Below, one piece after another: positions 9,585-19,494 of a stretch of 64,000 bases of DNA. The position numbers and the translations under genes were made by a program. This DNA is from Sphingomonadales bacterium Ga0077557 (lineage in GTDB: Bacteria; Pseudomonadota; Alphaproteobacteria; Sphingomonadales; Sphingomonadaceae). The first letter of the stretch is position 1, and each line of letters starts with the position of its first letter. Under the pieces are notes generated by a model, which saw nothing but the letters and a program-made list of their open reading frames with translations, was not told the DNA's origin and ran no database searches. The stretch spans positions 38,867 through 102,866 of the forward strand of contig LNFI01000010.1 in assembly GCA_001464615.1 (NCBI GenBank). Direction: 5' to 3'.

Positions 9585-10351
9585 GCAACGTCCTGATCCT
9601 GTCCCCGGCGCCGATCGCAGCGATTGCCGCGTCGCGGGGGAGCGGGGTGGCCAATCTGCTCACGCGATCACCCAAGGAAGTTTGGGCGGACAATGCTGTT
9701 GGCTCGGCGGCATCGATCGACATCGATCTTGGGGCGGTAACGTCGATCGACACGGTGTATCTCGGCTATGTGTCGCCAGCGGCTGCCGCCGCCACCTGGA
9801 CGATCACGGGTGGAACGGGGGGCTATACCGAAAGCTTGATCAAGGCTTCGGGGCCGCTGCGGGCGATCGATACGGCGACGCGCGCGCCTGCCCGAACGCA
9901 TGCGTTCTGGACAGGCGGGGCAGTGAATGTGCGCTATATCCGGCTTTCCATCACACAGCCTGCTGGCAGCGCCCCCCTGCGGGCTGGTGTTGCGATGGTC
10001 GGCCGAGCGTGGCGGCCGACGTTCAACATGGAATTTGGCGCTGGTCGGCGCATCATCGATACCGGCACGGTTGCGGCGTTGCCCGATGGTGGCTTTGGCA
10101 CGATCGAGGGCGTGCGCAAGCGGGAATTCAACTGGAGCCTGGGTGACCTCTCGCGCGATGAAACCGACGCGCTTGATGACCTGTTGGGCGATCATGGGGA
10201 AACGATTCCGCTGCTTGTGGTGGAGGACCCCGATGCCACCACCGGGCAACGCGCGCGCATCCATTACGGCCTGTTTGTTGCCCTGAAAGCCTTTGAGCGT
10301 TCAAACCCGGCGCAGACGAAGTGGCAGTTCACTTTTGAGGAATGGGTGTGA
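9581..10351 (+). CDS. Phage distal-tail-like protein
   Basis: 256 aa; RYIRLSI, PTFNMEFG, REFNWSLGDL, VVEDPD, WQFTFEEW motifs. Confidence 0.6.
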   Translation: MSNVLILSPAPIAAIAASRGSGVANLLTRSPKEVWADNAVGSAASIDIDLGAVTSIDTVYLGYVSPAAAAATWTITGGTGGYTESLIKASGPLRAIDTATRAPARTHAFWTGGAVNVRYIRLSITQPAGSAPLRAGVAMVGRAWRPTFNMEFGAGRRIIDTGTVAALPDGGFGTIEGVRKREFNWSLGDLSRDETDALDDLLGDHGETIPLLVVEDPDATTGQRARIHYGLFVALKAFERSNPAQTKWQFTFEEWV

Positions 10352-10399
10352 CGGCCGCAACGTGATCGATTGATTTCCCCGTCGAAAAAGGCGGGGGCA

Positions 10400-10497
10400 A
10401 AGGGCGCGCCAACGCCCTTCACGCAGGAGGAACCCTGCACCTCAGGCGCCAGCTGGCCGCCGTCGATCCCCGCCACCGGGCACCCCGGTGGTGTGGG
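10400..10497 (+). promoter_or_regulatory. Multi-hairpin structured leader upstream of the methylase
   Basis: AAGGGCG-cgccaa-CGCCCTT (10400-10419), GCAGG-aggaac-CCTGC (10423-10438), CCACCGGG-cac-CCCGGTGG (10473-10491). Confidence 0.5.
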
Positions 10498-10513
10498 CAG
10501 ATAGGATGCAGAG

Positions 10514-11317
10514 ATGACCAATTCGCAAACGCTGGTGCCCGTGGCACCCATCATGCCGATCGCCGCCTATATCGGCGGCAAGCGCAACCTTGCCACCCGC
10601 CTGGTCGCCCGGATCGGCGCGATCGAGCACCGGGCCTATATCGAGCCATTCGTTGGCATGGGCGGCGTGTTCTTTCGCCGTGACCGGCGGCCGACGCTGG
10701 AAGTGATCAACGACATCTCGGCCGACGTCACCAATGTGTTCCGCATCCTGCAGCGCCACTATCAGCAGCTGCTCGACGTGATGAAGTGGCAGATCACGAG
10801 CCGGGCCGAGTTCGAACGCCTCGTCCAGGTCGACCCCGACACGTTGACCGACCTGGAGCGGGCGGCGCGGTTCATCTATCTCCAGCGGCTGTCGTTCGGC
10901 GGCAAGGTGGCTGGGCGCAACTTCGGCGTCAGCACGACATGCAGCGCGCGATTCGACCTGACCAAGCTGGTGCCCGCGCTGGAGGACGTGCACGAGCGGC
11001 TGTCACCCGTTGTGATCGAGCGGCTGAACTATGATCGCCTGATCGAGAAATATGACCGGCCGCACAGCCTGTTCTATCTCGATCCGCCTTATTGGGGGTG
11101 CACTGATGACTATGGCCGGAACGTCTTCTCAGAAGGCGATTTCGAGCGGCTGAGCACCCTCTTAGAAGGCATTGCTGGCCGGTTCATCCTGTCGATCAAC
11201 GACACGCCCGAGGTGCGCGAAATCTTCGGTAGATTCACGATGGAGGAGGTCGGCGTAAATTACCGGCTAAGCGGCCCCGCCACCCCGGCGCGCGAGCTGA
11301 TCATCAGCAATGAATGA
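10514..11317 (+). CDS. DNA adenine methylase, Dam/D12 class (phage)
   Basis: YIGGK, YIEPFVGMGGVF (SAM binding), FYLDPPY (catalytic). Confidence 0.93.
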   Translation: MTNSQTLVPVAPIMPIAAYIGGKRNLATRLVARIGAIEHRAYIEPFVGMGGVFFRRDRRPTLEVINDISADVTNVFRILQRHYQQLLDVMKWQITSRAEFERLVQVDPDTLTDLERAARFIYLQRLSFGGKVAGRNFGVSTTCSARFDLTKLVPALEDVHERLSPVVIERLNYDRLIEKYDRPHSLFYLDPPYWGCTDDYGRNVFSEGDFERLSTLLEGIAGRFILSINDTPEVREIFGRFTMEEVGVNYRLSGPATPARELIISNE

Positions 11318-11370
11318 GCGATCAAGTGCTCCAGGTTGTCTTGTCCAAGACTCCAGAACCTTGCGCCGCG

Positions 11371-11409
11371 CTACACCGGCAATTCGAGATAGGTGAGACG
11401 CGCCATCAT
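11371..11409 (-). pseudogene. N-terminal stub of a VOC/glyoxalase-family gene cut by the prophage
   Basis: SD GGAGGA then ATG ATG GCG CGT CTC ACC TAT CTC GAA TTG CCG GTG TAG = MMARLTYLELPV*; YxELP is the first strand of small VOC proteins; the stop is supplied by the phage end. Confidence 0.65.
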
Positions 11410-11421
11410 GTCCTCCAGTTA

Positions 11422-11436
11422 GTTCTTGATATGTTC
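11422..11436. promoter_or_regulatory. Alphaproteobacterial LexA (SOS) box
   Basis: GTTC-TTGATAT-GTTC = GTTC-N7-GTTC, 23 nt upstream of the radical SAM repair gene. Confidence 0.85.
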
Positions 11437-11459
11437 TACAGATATCTCCACCAAGGGCA

Positions 11460-12536
11460 ATGGCCAATCATGCACGCCCCGCGCGTGGCGCAACCCATAA
11501 TGCGGTCAGCCAACGCTTCCATCTGCCCCAATCGGCGGCGGATGGCGACTGGCTCGATGCCCGCGAAGCAATCGATGGCGCGCCGCCGAAGCTGCGCACG
11601 ACGGTGACGGTCGAGGTGCCACGGACGATCATCTCCAGAAACACCTCGCCCGACATCCCGTTTGATCGCTCGATCAATCCCTATCGCGGCTGCGAGCATG
11701 GCTGTATTTACTGCTTCGCCAGGCCAAGCCATGCCTTTCTCGATCTGTCGCCCGGGCTCGATTTTGAAACCCGGCTGTTTGCCAAGCCAAATGCGCCCGC
11801 CTTGCTCACGGCCGAAATTGGCAAGCGCGGCTATAGCGTCGCGCCAATTGCGTTTGGTACCAATACCGATGCCTATCAGCCGATCGAACGCGAATGGCGG
11901 ATCATGCGCGGTTGCCTGGAAGTGTTGGCGGCGACCAACCATCCATTGACGATCACCACCAAATCAGATCGCGTCGTTCGCGATATCGATCTCTTGGCGC
12001 CCATGGCAGCAAAGCAACTGGTCGCGGTTGCCATCTCGATCACCTCGCTCAATCCGAAACTAGCGATGACAATCGAACCGCGCGCGCCCAGCCCCGCCAA
12101 GCGGATCGCAGCCATAAAGGCGCTCGCGGCGGCCGGCATCCCAGTCTATGTCTCAGTCTCCCCGGTCATCCCGGCGATCACCGATCACGAGATCGAACAT
12201 ATTCTGGCGCGCGCTGCCAACGCCGGCGCGCAAGGGGCCTTTTTCCTGCCGGTGCGGCTACCCTGGGAAGTCGCGCCGCTGTTCAAGGCGTGGCTGGAGG
12301 CGCATTTCCCCGATCGGGCCGCCAAGGTAATGGCGATCATCCGCGACATCCGGGGCGGGCGCGATAACGACCCCAATTTCCACACGCGCTTTCGCGGGCA
12401 AGGGCCTTGGGGACAGTTATTGCGCACCCGTTTCCAGATTGCCTGCCGCAAACACCAGCTCGATCGGGGACAGGTGGCGCTGCGCACCGATCTGTTCCGG
12501 CCGCCACCGGGCGCGCAAGGCCAGCTTTTTGACTAG
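11460..12536 (+). CDS. PA0069-family radical SAM protein (SplB-like DNA repair)
   Basis: SINPYRGCEHGCIYCFARP (CxxxCxxC), GTNTDAYQP, ITTKS. Confidence 0.93.
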   Translation: MANHARPARGATHNAVSQRFHLPQSAADGDWLDAREAIDGAPPKLRTTVTVEVPRTIISRNTSPDIPFDRSINPYRGCEHGCIYCFARPSHAFLDLSPGLDFETRLFAKPNAPALLTAEIGKRGYSVAPIAFGTNTDAYQPIEREWRIMRGCLEVLAATNHPLTITTKSDRVVRDIDLLAPMAAKQLVAVAISITSLNPKLAMTIEPRAPSPAKRIAAIKALAAAGIPVYVSVSPVIPAITDHEIEHILARAANAGAQGAFFLPVRLPWEVAPLFKAWLEAHFPDRAAKVMAIIRDIRGGRDNDPNFHTRFRGQGPWGQLLRTRFQIACRKHQLDRGQVALRTDLFRPPPGAQGQLFD

Positions 12537-12548
12537 GCGGCGCAATTC

Positions 12549-14144
12549 CTAGGCAACGCTCGCCAACCGATGGTCCTTATACTGCGCCCGCAGCGCCGTT
12601 TTGAGCAGCTTGCCGGTCGCGGTGTGCGGCAAGTCGTCGACGAACAGGATTTCGTCGGGCAGCCACCATTTGGCGACATGAGCTGCCAGATGGGCGTTGA
12701 TTTCGGCTGGCGACACATCGCTGCCCGCTTTGCGCACCACCAACAGCAGCGGGCGCTCATCCCATTTGGGATGATAGATGCCGATCGCCGCCGCTTCGGC
12801 GACCCCCGGACAGCCGACCGCCGCATTTTCCAGATCAACCGAACTGATCCATTCGCCGCCCGATTTAATCACGTCCTTGGCGCGATCGGTGATTTGCATC
12901 GTGCCATCGGGATGGATGACCGCGACATCGCCGGTATCAAACCAGTTTTCCGCATCGACGCAGTCAGCCTCGGCCTTGAAATAGCGTTTGATGACCCAAG
13001 GCCCGCGGATCTGCAGCCGACCCGAGCTCGCGCCATCGCGGGGTTGCTCCACGTCATCATCATCGACCACGCGTAGTTCGACCCCAAAGGGAATCTGCCC
13101 TTGCTTGCAGACCATGTCGAGCTGTTCGCCCAGGCTCAACTCATCCCAATGCGGCGGCGGGGCCCCGGCCGTGCCAATCGGTGACGTCTCGGTCATGCCC
13201 CACAGATGCGCGACCCGCGCGCCCATCCCCATGATCCGCTCAATCATTGCGCGGGGGGCAGCCGATCCGCCGATCGTCACTTGTTTCAGATAGCGCGGTG
13301 CTTCGCCCGTGGCATCAATATGCTGGAACATCGACAGCCACACTGTCGGCACGCCGGCTGAATGCGTCACCTTTTCCTGGTTCATCAACCGGCACAGCAC
13401 GGCGGCATCATTGACACAGGCATAGACGAATTTCGCGCCAGATAGCGCCCCGGCAAAGGGCAGCCCCCAGGCGGCGGCGTGGAACATCGGCACCACCGGT
13501 AAGATCACGGCTTGCGACGATATGTTCAACAGCCAGGGGGACACCCCGGCCATGGCATGGATCATCGTTGATCGATGCTCATACAACACGCCCTTGGGGT
13601 TACCCGTCGTGCCGCTGGTATAGCAAAGCATGCAGGGATCGCGTTCTGGCCCTTCATGCCATTGATAATGGCCGTCTTCCAGCGCGATGATGCCTTCAAA
13701 GCTGGTCGGCCCTTCGCCATCGAAGCAGATATACTGCTCGATGCTGGTCCATTGCGATTTCAGCCGATCGACCAGCGGCTGAAACTGCTTGTCATAGAGC
13801 AGCACGCGGTCTTCGGCATGATTGGCGATATACACCAGCTGTTCGTCGAACAGCCGGGGATTAAGGGTGTGGATCACCCCGCCCATGCCGATCGCGCCAT
13901 ACCAGGCGGCAAGGTGGCGGCTATGGTTCATGGCCAGGGTCGCAATCCGGTCGCCGGGATTCATGCCCATTTTTACAAGCGCTTGTGCTAGTTTCTTGGC
14001 ATCCCGTGCGATGCCCGCCCAGCTCGTCCGCGTCTCATGACCATCGGCCCAATAGGTGACGATCTCGCGCCCGCCATGTTCGCGTGCCGCATGGTCCAGC
14101 AAGCGCGGTACCCGCAGCTCAAAATCCTGCATTCCACCTAACAT
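12549..14144 (-). CDS. Long-chain fatty acid-CoA ligase (AMP-binding)
   Basis: [40 protein letters not shown] motifs; start set at MLGGMQ after SD AAGGGAG. Confidence 0.92.
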   Translation of the reverse strand: MLGGMQDFELRVPRLLDHAAREHGGREIVTYWADGHETRTSWAGIARDAKKLAQALVKMGMNPGDRIATLAMNHSRHLAAWYGAIGMGGVIHTLNPRLFDEQLVYIANHAEDRVLLYDKQFQPLVDRLKSQWTSIEQYICFDGEGPTSFEGIIALEDGHYQWHEGPERDPCMLCYTSGTTGNPKGVLYEHRSTMIHAMAGVSPWLLNISSQAVILPVVPMFHAAAWGLPFAGALSGAKFVYACVNDAAVLCRLMNQEKVTHSAGVPTVWLSMFQHIDATGEAPRYLKQVTIGGSAAPRAMIERIMGMGARVAHLWGMTETSPIGTAGAPPPHWDELSLGEQLDMVCKQGQIPFGVELRVVDDDDVEQPRDGASSGRLQIRGPWVIKRYFKAEADCVDAENWFDTGDVAVIHPDGTMQITDRAKDVIKSGGEWISSVDLENAAVGCPGVAEAAAIGIYHPKWDERPLLLVVRKAGSDVSPAEINAHLAAHVAKWWLPDEILFVDDLPHTATGKLLKTALRAQYKDHRLASVA

Positions 14145-14160
14145 GTGGGGTCTCTCCCTT

Positions 14161-17100
14161 TTACCCAACCAGTGCGAGCCGCTTTGTCTCAGCGGTCTTC
14201 AGCGCCACCTCAGCAATACCCTGCATTGTCTCGATCCGGGTCGCAAGCTCACCATCGAGCAAAAAGTCACGGCCGAGCAGCAGCAATGCTTCGCCACCGT
14301 CGGGCAAGGCGGCCTTGAGATAAACCTCGCCCCGCGCGCCCCGCGCCTCGGCCAGCAACGCGCCTAGCTCGCCAATCGCGCGCGGATCATCGACAGCAAT
14401 CTCCATCACCATTCGGGCGGTGTTCGCCAAATCCTCAAACGCCTGCAAGCGCTTGACGGTGACGCGCGGGGTCTCTTCGCCCGGCCGGCGATCCAATTCG
14501 ACCGTGGCGATGCCGCAGCCGCCGCTGCGGGCTGCCTCTTCGAGGTCCGCCGCGACAGTGTCGTCAAAGCAGGTCGCCGCAAACTGGCCAGAAGCATCGG
14601 ACAGCATGGCCATCAAATAGCGCCGCCCCTTGGCCGATGTCCGCCATTTCGTATCTTCGACCAGCACCGCCATCGTCGCGCCGGCGCGCGTGCCGTCATC
14701 GGGAATATCGAGCTCTCCCAGCCCGACATAGCTGCGCGCGCCATGCATCTTGGCAAGATGACGATGACGATCGACCGGATGCGCGGAAAAATAAAAGCCG
14801 AACGCCTCTTTCTCCTGATCCATCCGCTGCGCCAGCGTCCAGCGTGCAGAGAGAGGGAGCTGGATCGAGGCGCCCGATGACGGCTCGCTCTCACCGAACA
14901 GCCCGCCCTGCCCGCTGATCCGCTGATCGTGCAGCCGTGCAGCGACGGCCAGGATCGTCTCTGCGCTGGCATAAATGCCCGCCCGATTGGGATCGATACT
15001 GTCAAAAGCACCCGCCGCCGCCAGCGTTTCCAGCTGGCGCTTGTTCATCAGGCGGGGATCAACGCGGGTAGCGAGATCGTCAAGCGACGCGAAAGGCCCA
15101 TTTTCAAGACGTTCGACGACAAGGCGTTCCATCGCCCCTTCCCCGACCGATTTCAGCGCGGCAAGGGCATAGCGGACTCCAAGTCCCGCGCCTGCATCGG
15201 CCGGGATCTCCTCAACCGTAAACTCAGCGTCGCTGGCGTTGATGCACGGCGGCAATATCTTCACGCCCATGCGCCGCATATCATCGGTGAACACGCCAAG
15301 CTTGTCGGTCAGCGTCATGTCAAAACACATCGAGGCCGCGAAGAAATCTTCCGGGTAATGCGCTTTCAGCCAAGCGGTTTGATAGGCCAGCAACGCATAG
15401 GCCGCAGCGTGTGATTTATTGAAACCATAGCCCGCGAATTTGTCGATCAAATCGAACAGCTCATTCGCCTTGGCGGCCGGAATGTTGTTCACCCGCGCGC
15501 AGCCCTCGACAAAGGTCGCGCGCTGCGCGTCCATCTCGGCCTGGTTCTTCTTGCCCATCGCGCGGCGCAGCAAATCGGCGCCGCCCAGCGAATAGCCGGC
15601 CAGCACCTGCGCGGCCTGCATCACCTGTTCCTGATAGACGAAAATGCCATAGGTTTCCGCCAGGATCGTCTCGAGCAGCGGGTGCGGATAATCGATCGCC
15701 TCGGTGCCATTCTTGCGGCGGCCAAAGCTGGGGATATTGTCCATTGGGCCTGGGCGGTAGAGCGAGACGAGCGCGATGATGTCGCCGAAATTGGAAGGGC
15801 GTACAGCACTCAGCGTGCGGCGCATGCCTTCGGATTCGAGCTGGAACACACCGACCGTGTCGCCCTTTTGCAGCAGTTTATAGACGCCCTCGTCATCCCA
15901 TTCGAGCGTGTCGAGATCGATGACAATGTTCCGCTTGGCGAGCATCTGGATCGCCTTTTGCAGCACCGACAGTGTCTTGAGCCCGAGAAAGTCGAACTTT
16001 ACCAACCCCGCCGCCTCGACATATTTCATGTCGAACTGGGTGACCGGCATGTCGGAGCGTGGATCGCGATACAGCGGCACAAGCGCCGCGAGCGGACGAT
16101 CACCGATCACCACACCGGCGGCATGGGTCGAGGAGTGGCGCGGCAACCCTTCCAGCTTCATCGCCAGATCAAGCAAGTGCCTGACGCCGCTGTCGGTGCG
16201 ATATTCCGCCGCGAGCTCCGACACACCATTCAGCGCCCGGTCAAGCGTCCAGGGATCGGTCGGGTGATTGGGGACGAGCTTGGCGAGGCGATCGACCTGA
16301 CCATAGCTCATCTGCAGCACGCGGCCCGTGTCCTTCAGCACCGCGCGCGCCTTTAGCCGTCCAAAGGTGATGATTTGCGCGACATGGTCCGAGCCATATT
16401 TGGCCTGGACATAGCGGATCACTTCCTCACGCCGGGTTTCGCAGAAATCGATGTCGAAATCGGGCATCGACACGCGTTCGGGGTTGAGAAAACGTTCGAA
16501 CAGCAGCCCGAGCTTCATCGGATCGAGATCGGTGATCGTCAGCGACCAGGCAACCACTGAACCCGCGCCCGAGCCACGGCCAGGACCGACCGGGATATCG
16601 TTTTCCTTGGCCCATTTGATGAAATCGGCGACGATCAGGAAATAGCCAGGAAAGCCCATCTTAATGATGACGTCGAGCTCGAACTCCAGCCGGTCACGAT
16701 AGGCTTGCTGCCAGTTCTCGCCCTCTCCCTTGATCCGCTCCAGCCGCTTTTCGAGCCCGGCGCGGGCGTCGACGCGCAGCGCTTCCTCCTCGGCATCGCG
16801 ATCACCGGCAAGGCTGGGCAGGATCGGCTTGCGCTTGGGGGCGGCAATCGCACAACGCTGCGCCACCACCAGCGTGTTGGCGATTGCCTCGGGCAGATCG
16901 TCGAACAGCTGGCGCATGTCCTTGGCTGGCTTCATCCACGCATCAGGCGAGCTTTTCGGCCGATCATCGCTGGCGATATAGGTGGAATTGGCAATGCACA
17001 GCATCGCGTCATGCGCCTCGCCGAAACTTTGCTCGGCAAAGCAGCAGGGGTTGGTCGCGACGATCGGCAGATTTCGATCATAAGCGAGATCGAGCAAGGA

Positions 17101-17661
17101 TGCCTCGGCCCGCCCTTCGATCTCGTCGAGTCGACGGGTCAACTCGATATAGAGCCGGTCCGGGAACAGCGCCTGGAGACGATCGGCATAGGCCAGCGCA
17201 TGATCCGGCTGGTCCTCAGCGAATAACCGAGTGAGCCCGCCTTCCCGGCCGGCGGTAAGCGCGATCAGACCGTCACTATGGCCCTGAAGCGCTGCAAAAT
17301 CGACATGCGGGGCCAGTTCGAGCGGTCGCGCCAGATGCGCCTGCGAAACCAGCGCGCATAGATTTTGGTAACCGACCTCATCCTGCGCATAGAGCGCCAG
17401 CCAGTCGAGCGGGGGCGCCACGCCTTCAGGCAAATCGGGCCGCGCAACGCCAATCATCGCGCCGATGATTGGTTGGACCCCCGCGTCCCGCGCCGCGTCG
17501 GCAAAGGCCATGGCGGCGTAAAGGCCATTACGATCGGTGAGCGCTGCTGCTGGAAAGCCAAGCTCCCGCGCGCGCTTAGCGATCGCCTTGGGTTCGATCG
17601 CGCCGTCGAGCATCGTGAACGAGGAAAAGATGCGGAGCGGGACGAAACCAGAATGGGTCAT
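14161..17661 (-). CDS. dnaE: DNA polymerase III alpha subunit
   Basis: PHP domain, GRGSGAGS, PDFDIDF, HAAGVVI, KFDFLGL, FNKSHAAAY. Confidence 0.98.
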   Translation of the reverse strand: MTHSGFVPLRIFSSFTMLDGAIEPKAIAKRARELGFPAAALTDRNGLYAAMAFADAARDAGVQPIIGAMIGVARPDLPEGVAPPLDWLALYAQDEVGYQNLCALVSQAHLARPLELAPHVDFAALQGHSDGLIALTAGREGGLTRLFAEDQPDHALAYADRLQALFPDRLYIELTRRLDEIEGRAEASLLDLAYDRNLPIVATNPCCFAEQSFGEAHDAMLCIANSTYIASDDRPKSSPDAWMKPAKDMRQLFDDLPEAIANTLVVAQRCAIAAPKRKPILPSLAGDRDAEEEALRVDARAGLEKRLERIKGEGENWQQAYRDRLEFELDVIIKMGFPGYFLIVADFIKWAKENDIPVGPGRGSGAGSVVAWSLTITDLDPMKLGLLFERFLNPERVSMPDFDIDFCETRREEVIRYVQAKYGSDHVAQIITFGRLKARAVLKDTGRVLQMSYGQVDRLAKLVPNHPTDPWTLDRALNGVSELAAEYRTDSGVRHLLDLAMKLEGLPRHSSTHAAGVVIGDRPLAALVPLYRDPRSDMPVTQFDMKYVEAAGLVKFDFLGLKTLSVLQKAIQMLAKRNIVIDLDTLEWDDEGVYKLLQKGDTVGVFQLESEGMRRTLSAVRPSNFGDIIALVSLYRPGPMDNIPSFGRRKNGTEAIDYPHPLLETILAETYGIFVYQEQVMQAAQVLAGYSLGGADLLRRAMGKKNQAEMDAQRATFVEGCARVNNIPAAKANELFDLIDKFAGYGFNKSHAAAYALLAYQTAWLKAHYPEDFFAASMCFDMTLTDKLGVFTDDMRRMGVKILPPCINASDAEFTVEEIPADAGAGLGVRYALAALKSVGEGAMERLVVERLENGPFASLDDLATRVDPRLMNKRQLETLAAAGAFDSIDPNRAGIYASAETILAVAARLHDQRISGQGGLFGESEPSSGASIQLPLSARWTLAQRMDQEKEAFGFYFSAHPVDRHRHLAKMHGARSYVGLGELDIPDDGTRAGATMAVLVEDTKWRTSAKGRRYLMAMLSDASGQFAATCFDDTVAADLEEAARSGGCGIATVELDRRPGEETPRVTVKRLQAFEDLANTARMVMEIAVDDPRAIGELGALLAEARGARGEVYLKAALPDGGEALLLLGRDFLLDGELATRIETMQGIAEVALKTAETKRLALVG

Positions 17662-17731
17662 GCGGGCAACTATGCGGGCTTATGACGATTCGCGAAACTG
17701 TCATGAAGCAAGCGGCTGTGGATAAACTCGA

Positions 17732-18217
17732 TCAACCAGCGAGCAGCGCTTCAATATCATTTTCGATCTCTTCAGGCGTGGTTTGTGGGCCATAGCGCGT
17801 CACCTTCGCGCCGCTGCGATCGACCAGGAATTTGGTGAAATTCCATTTAATCCCCCGCGATCCCATCAGGCCGGGCGCTGCGTCCTTCAATCGATCGAAC
17901 AGCGGATCAGCACCGGAGCCGTTGACGTCAATCTTGGCGAACACCGGGAAGGTCACGTCATAATTGACGGTGCAGAATTCAGCGATCTCCGCGGCATCAC
18001 CCGGCTCCTGCGACCCAAACTGATTGCACGGGAAGCCAAGCACCTCAAAACCCTGCGCCGCATATTTCCGGTGCAGCGCTTCCAGACCCTTATATTGCGG
18101 GGTGAAACCGCATTTCGATGCGGTGTTGACGATCAGCAGCACCTTGCCGGCATAGGTCGAGAGATCGACAGGCTTGCCATCGGCGCCTTTGACCTGAAAA
18201 TCGGTGATGGCGGTCAT
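17732..18217 (-). CDS. Glutathione peroxidase
   Basis: VNTASKCGFT, LGFPCNQFG, KWNFTKFL. Confidence 0.96.
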   Translation of the reverse strand: MTAITDFQVKGADGKPVDLSTYAGKVLLIVNTASKCGFTPQYKGLEALHRKYAAQGFEVLGFPCNQFGSQEPGDAAEIAEFCTVNYDVTFPVFAKIDVNGSGADPLFDRLKDAAPGLMGSRGIKWNFTKFLVDRSGAKVTRYGPQTTPEEIENDIEALLAG

Positions 18218-18819
18218 GCTACCCTCTCATGTCGCTTGAGCAAATATTGGAGATTCATCTTCACGCCCGACCATTCGCTGGCAATGATCGAATAGACGAC
18301 CAGGTCGCGAATGCGTCCGTCAGTGGTTTGGTGGTTGCGCAGCACGCCATCGCGCTTTGCCCCCAGCCGCTCGATTGCCAGCTGGGACCGCTTGTTGAAC
18401 CAGTCGGTGCGGATCTGGACGACATTGCAGTCCATCGTTTCAAACGCATGGGTCAGCAACATCAACTTGGCCTCGGTGTTGACACCGGTGCGCTGCACCG
18501 ATTGCGCATAGAAAGTGCCGCCGATTTCCAGCCGGCGATGCACCGCGTTCATCCGCATAAAGCGCGTCATGCCCACAACCCGGCCTGCCGCTTCCACTGC
18601 AAACGGCATTGCCCGGCCAAAATCGCGTTCCGCAAATACTGCCGCCATATAGGCGTCCGGATCGCGCAGACTGGAAACATTGGTGAAGAACAATTCGGTA
18701 ATCGCCCCGTCAGCGGCCGCTGCAACGACAGCGTCCCGGTCATCCATCACTAATGGACGGAGCGTTACGTGGTTGCCGACCAAATGCGGCGCGGCTCTCC
18801 AAGCGTCGGCTGCGGCCAT
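18214..18819 (-). CDS. GNAT (RimJ/RimL-type) N-acetyltransferase
   Basis: LEIGGTF...TGVNTEAKLMLLTHAFE...AIERLGAKRDGVLR. Confidence 0.9.
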   Translation of the reverse strand: MAAADAWRAAPHLVGNHVTLRPLVMDDRDAVVAAAADGAITELFFTNVSSLRDPDAYMAAVFAERDFGRAMPFAVEAAGRVVGMTRFMRMNAVHRRLEIGGTFYAQSVQRTGVNTEAKLMLLTHAFETMDCNVVQIRTDWFNKRSQLAIERLGAKRDGVLRNHQTTDGRIRDLVVYSIIASEWSGVKMNLQYLLKRHERVA

Positions 18820-19494
18820 TTAGCCCAACCTTCCCTCATGCAGCCGGACCACCCGGTCCATCCGCATTGCCAACCGCTCATTATGGGTGGCGATCAGCGC
18901 TGAAGAGCCCTCTTCGCGCACCAGTCGCAGCAACTCGGCCATCACGATATCGGCAGTGGCTTCGTCCAGATTGCCGGTCGGTTCATCGGCCAGCACCAGC
19001 GCCGGCTTATTGGCCAGCGCGCGGGCAACCGCCACCCGCTGCTGTTCGCCGCCGGATAGCTGGCTGGGGCGGTGCGTCAGCCGATGCCCGAGCCCAAGCG
19101 CGGTGAGCAGCGTGGTCGCGCGCAATTCTGCCTGGGGACGCGTTTCCCCATGGATCAGCAATGGCAGCACGACATTTTCGGTCGCGTTGAAATCGGGCAG
19201 CAGATGGTGGAACTGATAGACAAAGCCCAGAAAATCACGCCGCACCAGCGTGCGGCCATGACTATCAAGCCGCGCTGCTTCAGTGCCCGCAATCCGTATC
19301 GATCCGCCAAAGCCGCCTTCAAGCAGGCCGACCGCCTGGAGCAGCGTCGATTTGCCTGATCCCGATGGGCCCAACAGCCCAACGATCTCGCCCTTGGCGA
19401 CCGTAATGTCGATCCCACGCAGAACATGGATCGTCTCGTCGCCCTGAACAAAGCTGCGCGTCAGGCCCGCGGTTTGCAGCACGGGATCACTCAT
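18820..19494 (-). CDS. lolD: Lipoprotein-releasing ABC transporter ATP-binding protein
   Basis: [27 protein letters not shown]; follows lolC/E. Confidence 0.93.
   Translation of the reverse strand: MSDPVLQTAGLTRSFVQGDETIHVLRGIDITVAKGEIVGLLGPSGSGKSTLLQAVGLLEGGFGGSIRIAGTEAARLDSHGRTLVRRDFLGFVYQFHHLLPDFNATENVVLPLLIHGETRPQAELRATTLLTALGLGHRLTHRPSQLSGGEQQRVAVARALANKPALVLADEPTGNLDEATADIVMAELLRLVREEGSSALIATHNERLAMRMDRVVRLHEGRLG

Larger units (their letters stand above)
1..11375 (+). mobile_element. Right arm of a siphoviral, probably transposable (Mu-like) prophage; left part lies outside the window
   Basis: Co-oriented, translationally coupled tail genes followed by a Dam-type MTase. Ends ...GCGCTACA (11375), matching the TG..CA rule, and abuts a truncated host gene on the minus strand. 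Confidence 0.8.

Noticed and set aside
1-11317. Gene transfer agent interpretation of the tail cluster
   Set aside because: Gene order, Dam-type methylase, TG..CA-type end and an interrupted host gene fit a prophage, not an RcGTA-like cluster.
14161-17661. dnaE2/ImuC next to an SOS-regulated gene
   Set aside because: Length, PHP domain and motifs match the replicative DnaE; no imuA/imuB adjacent.
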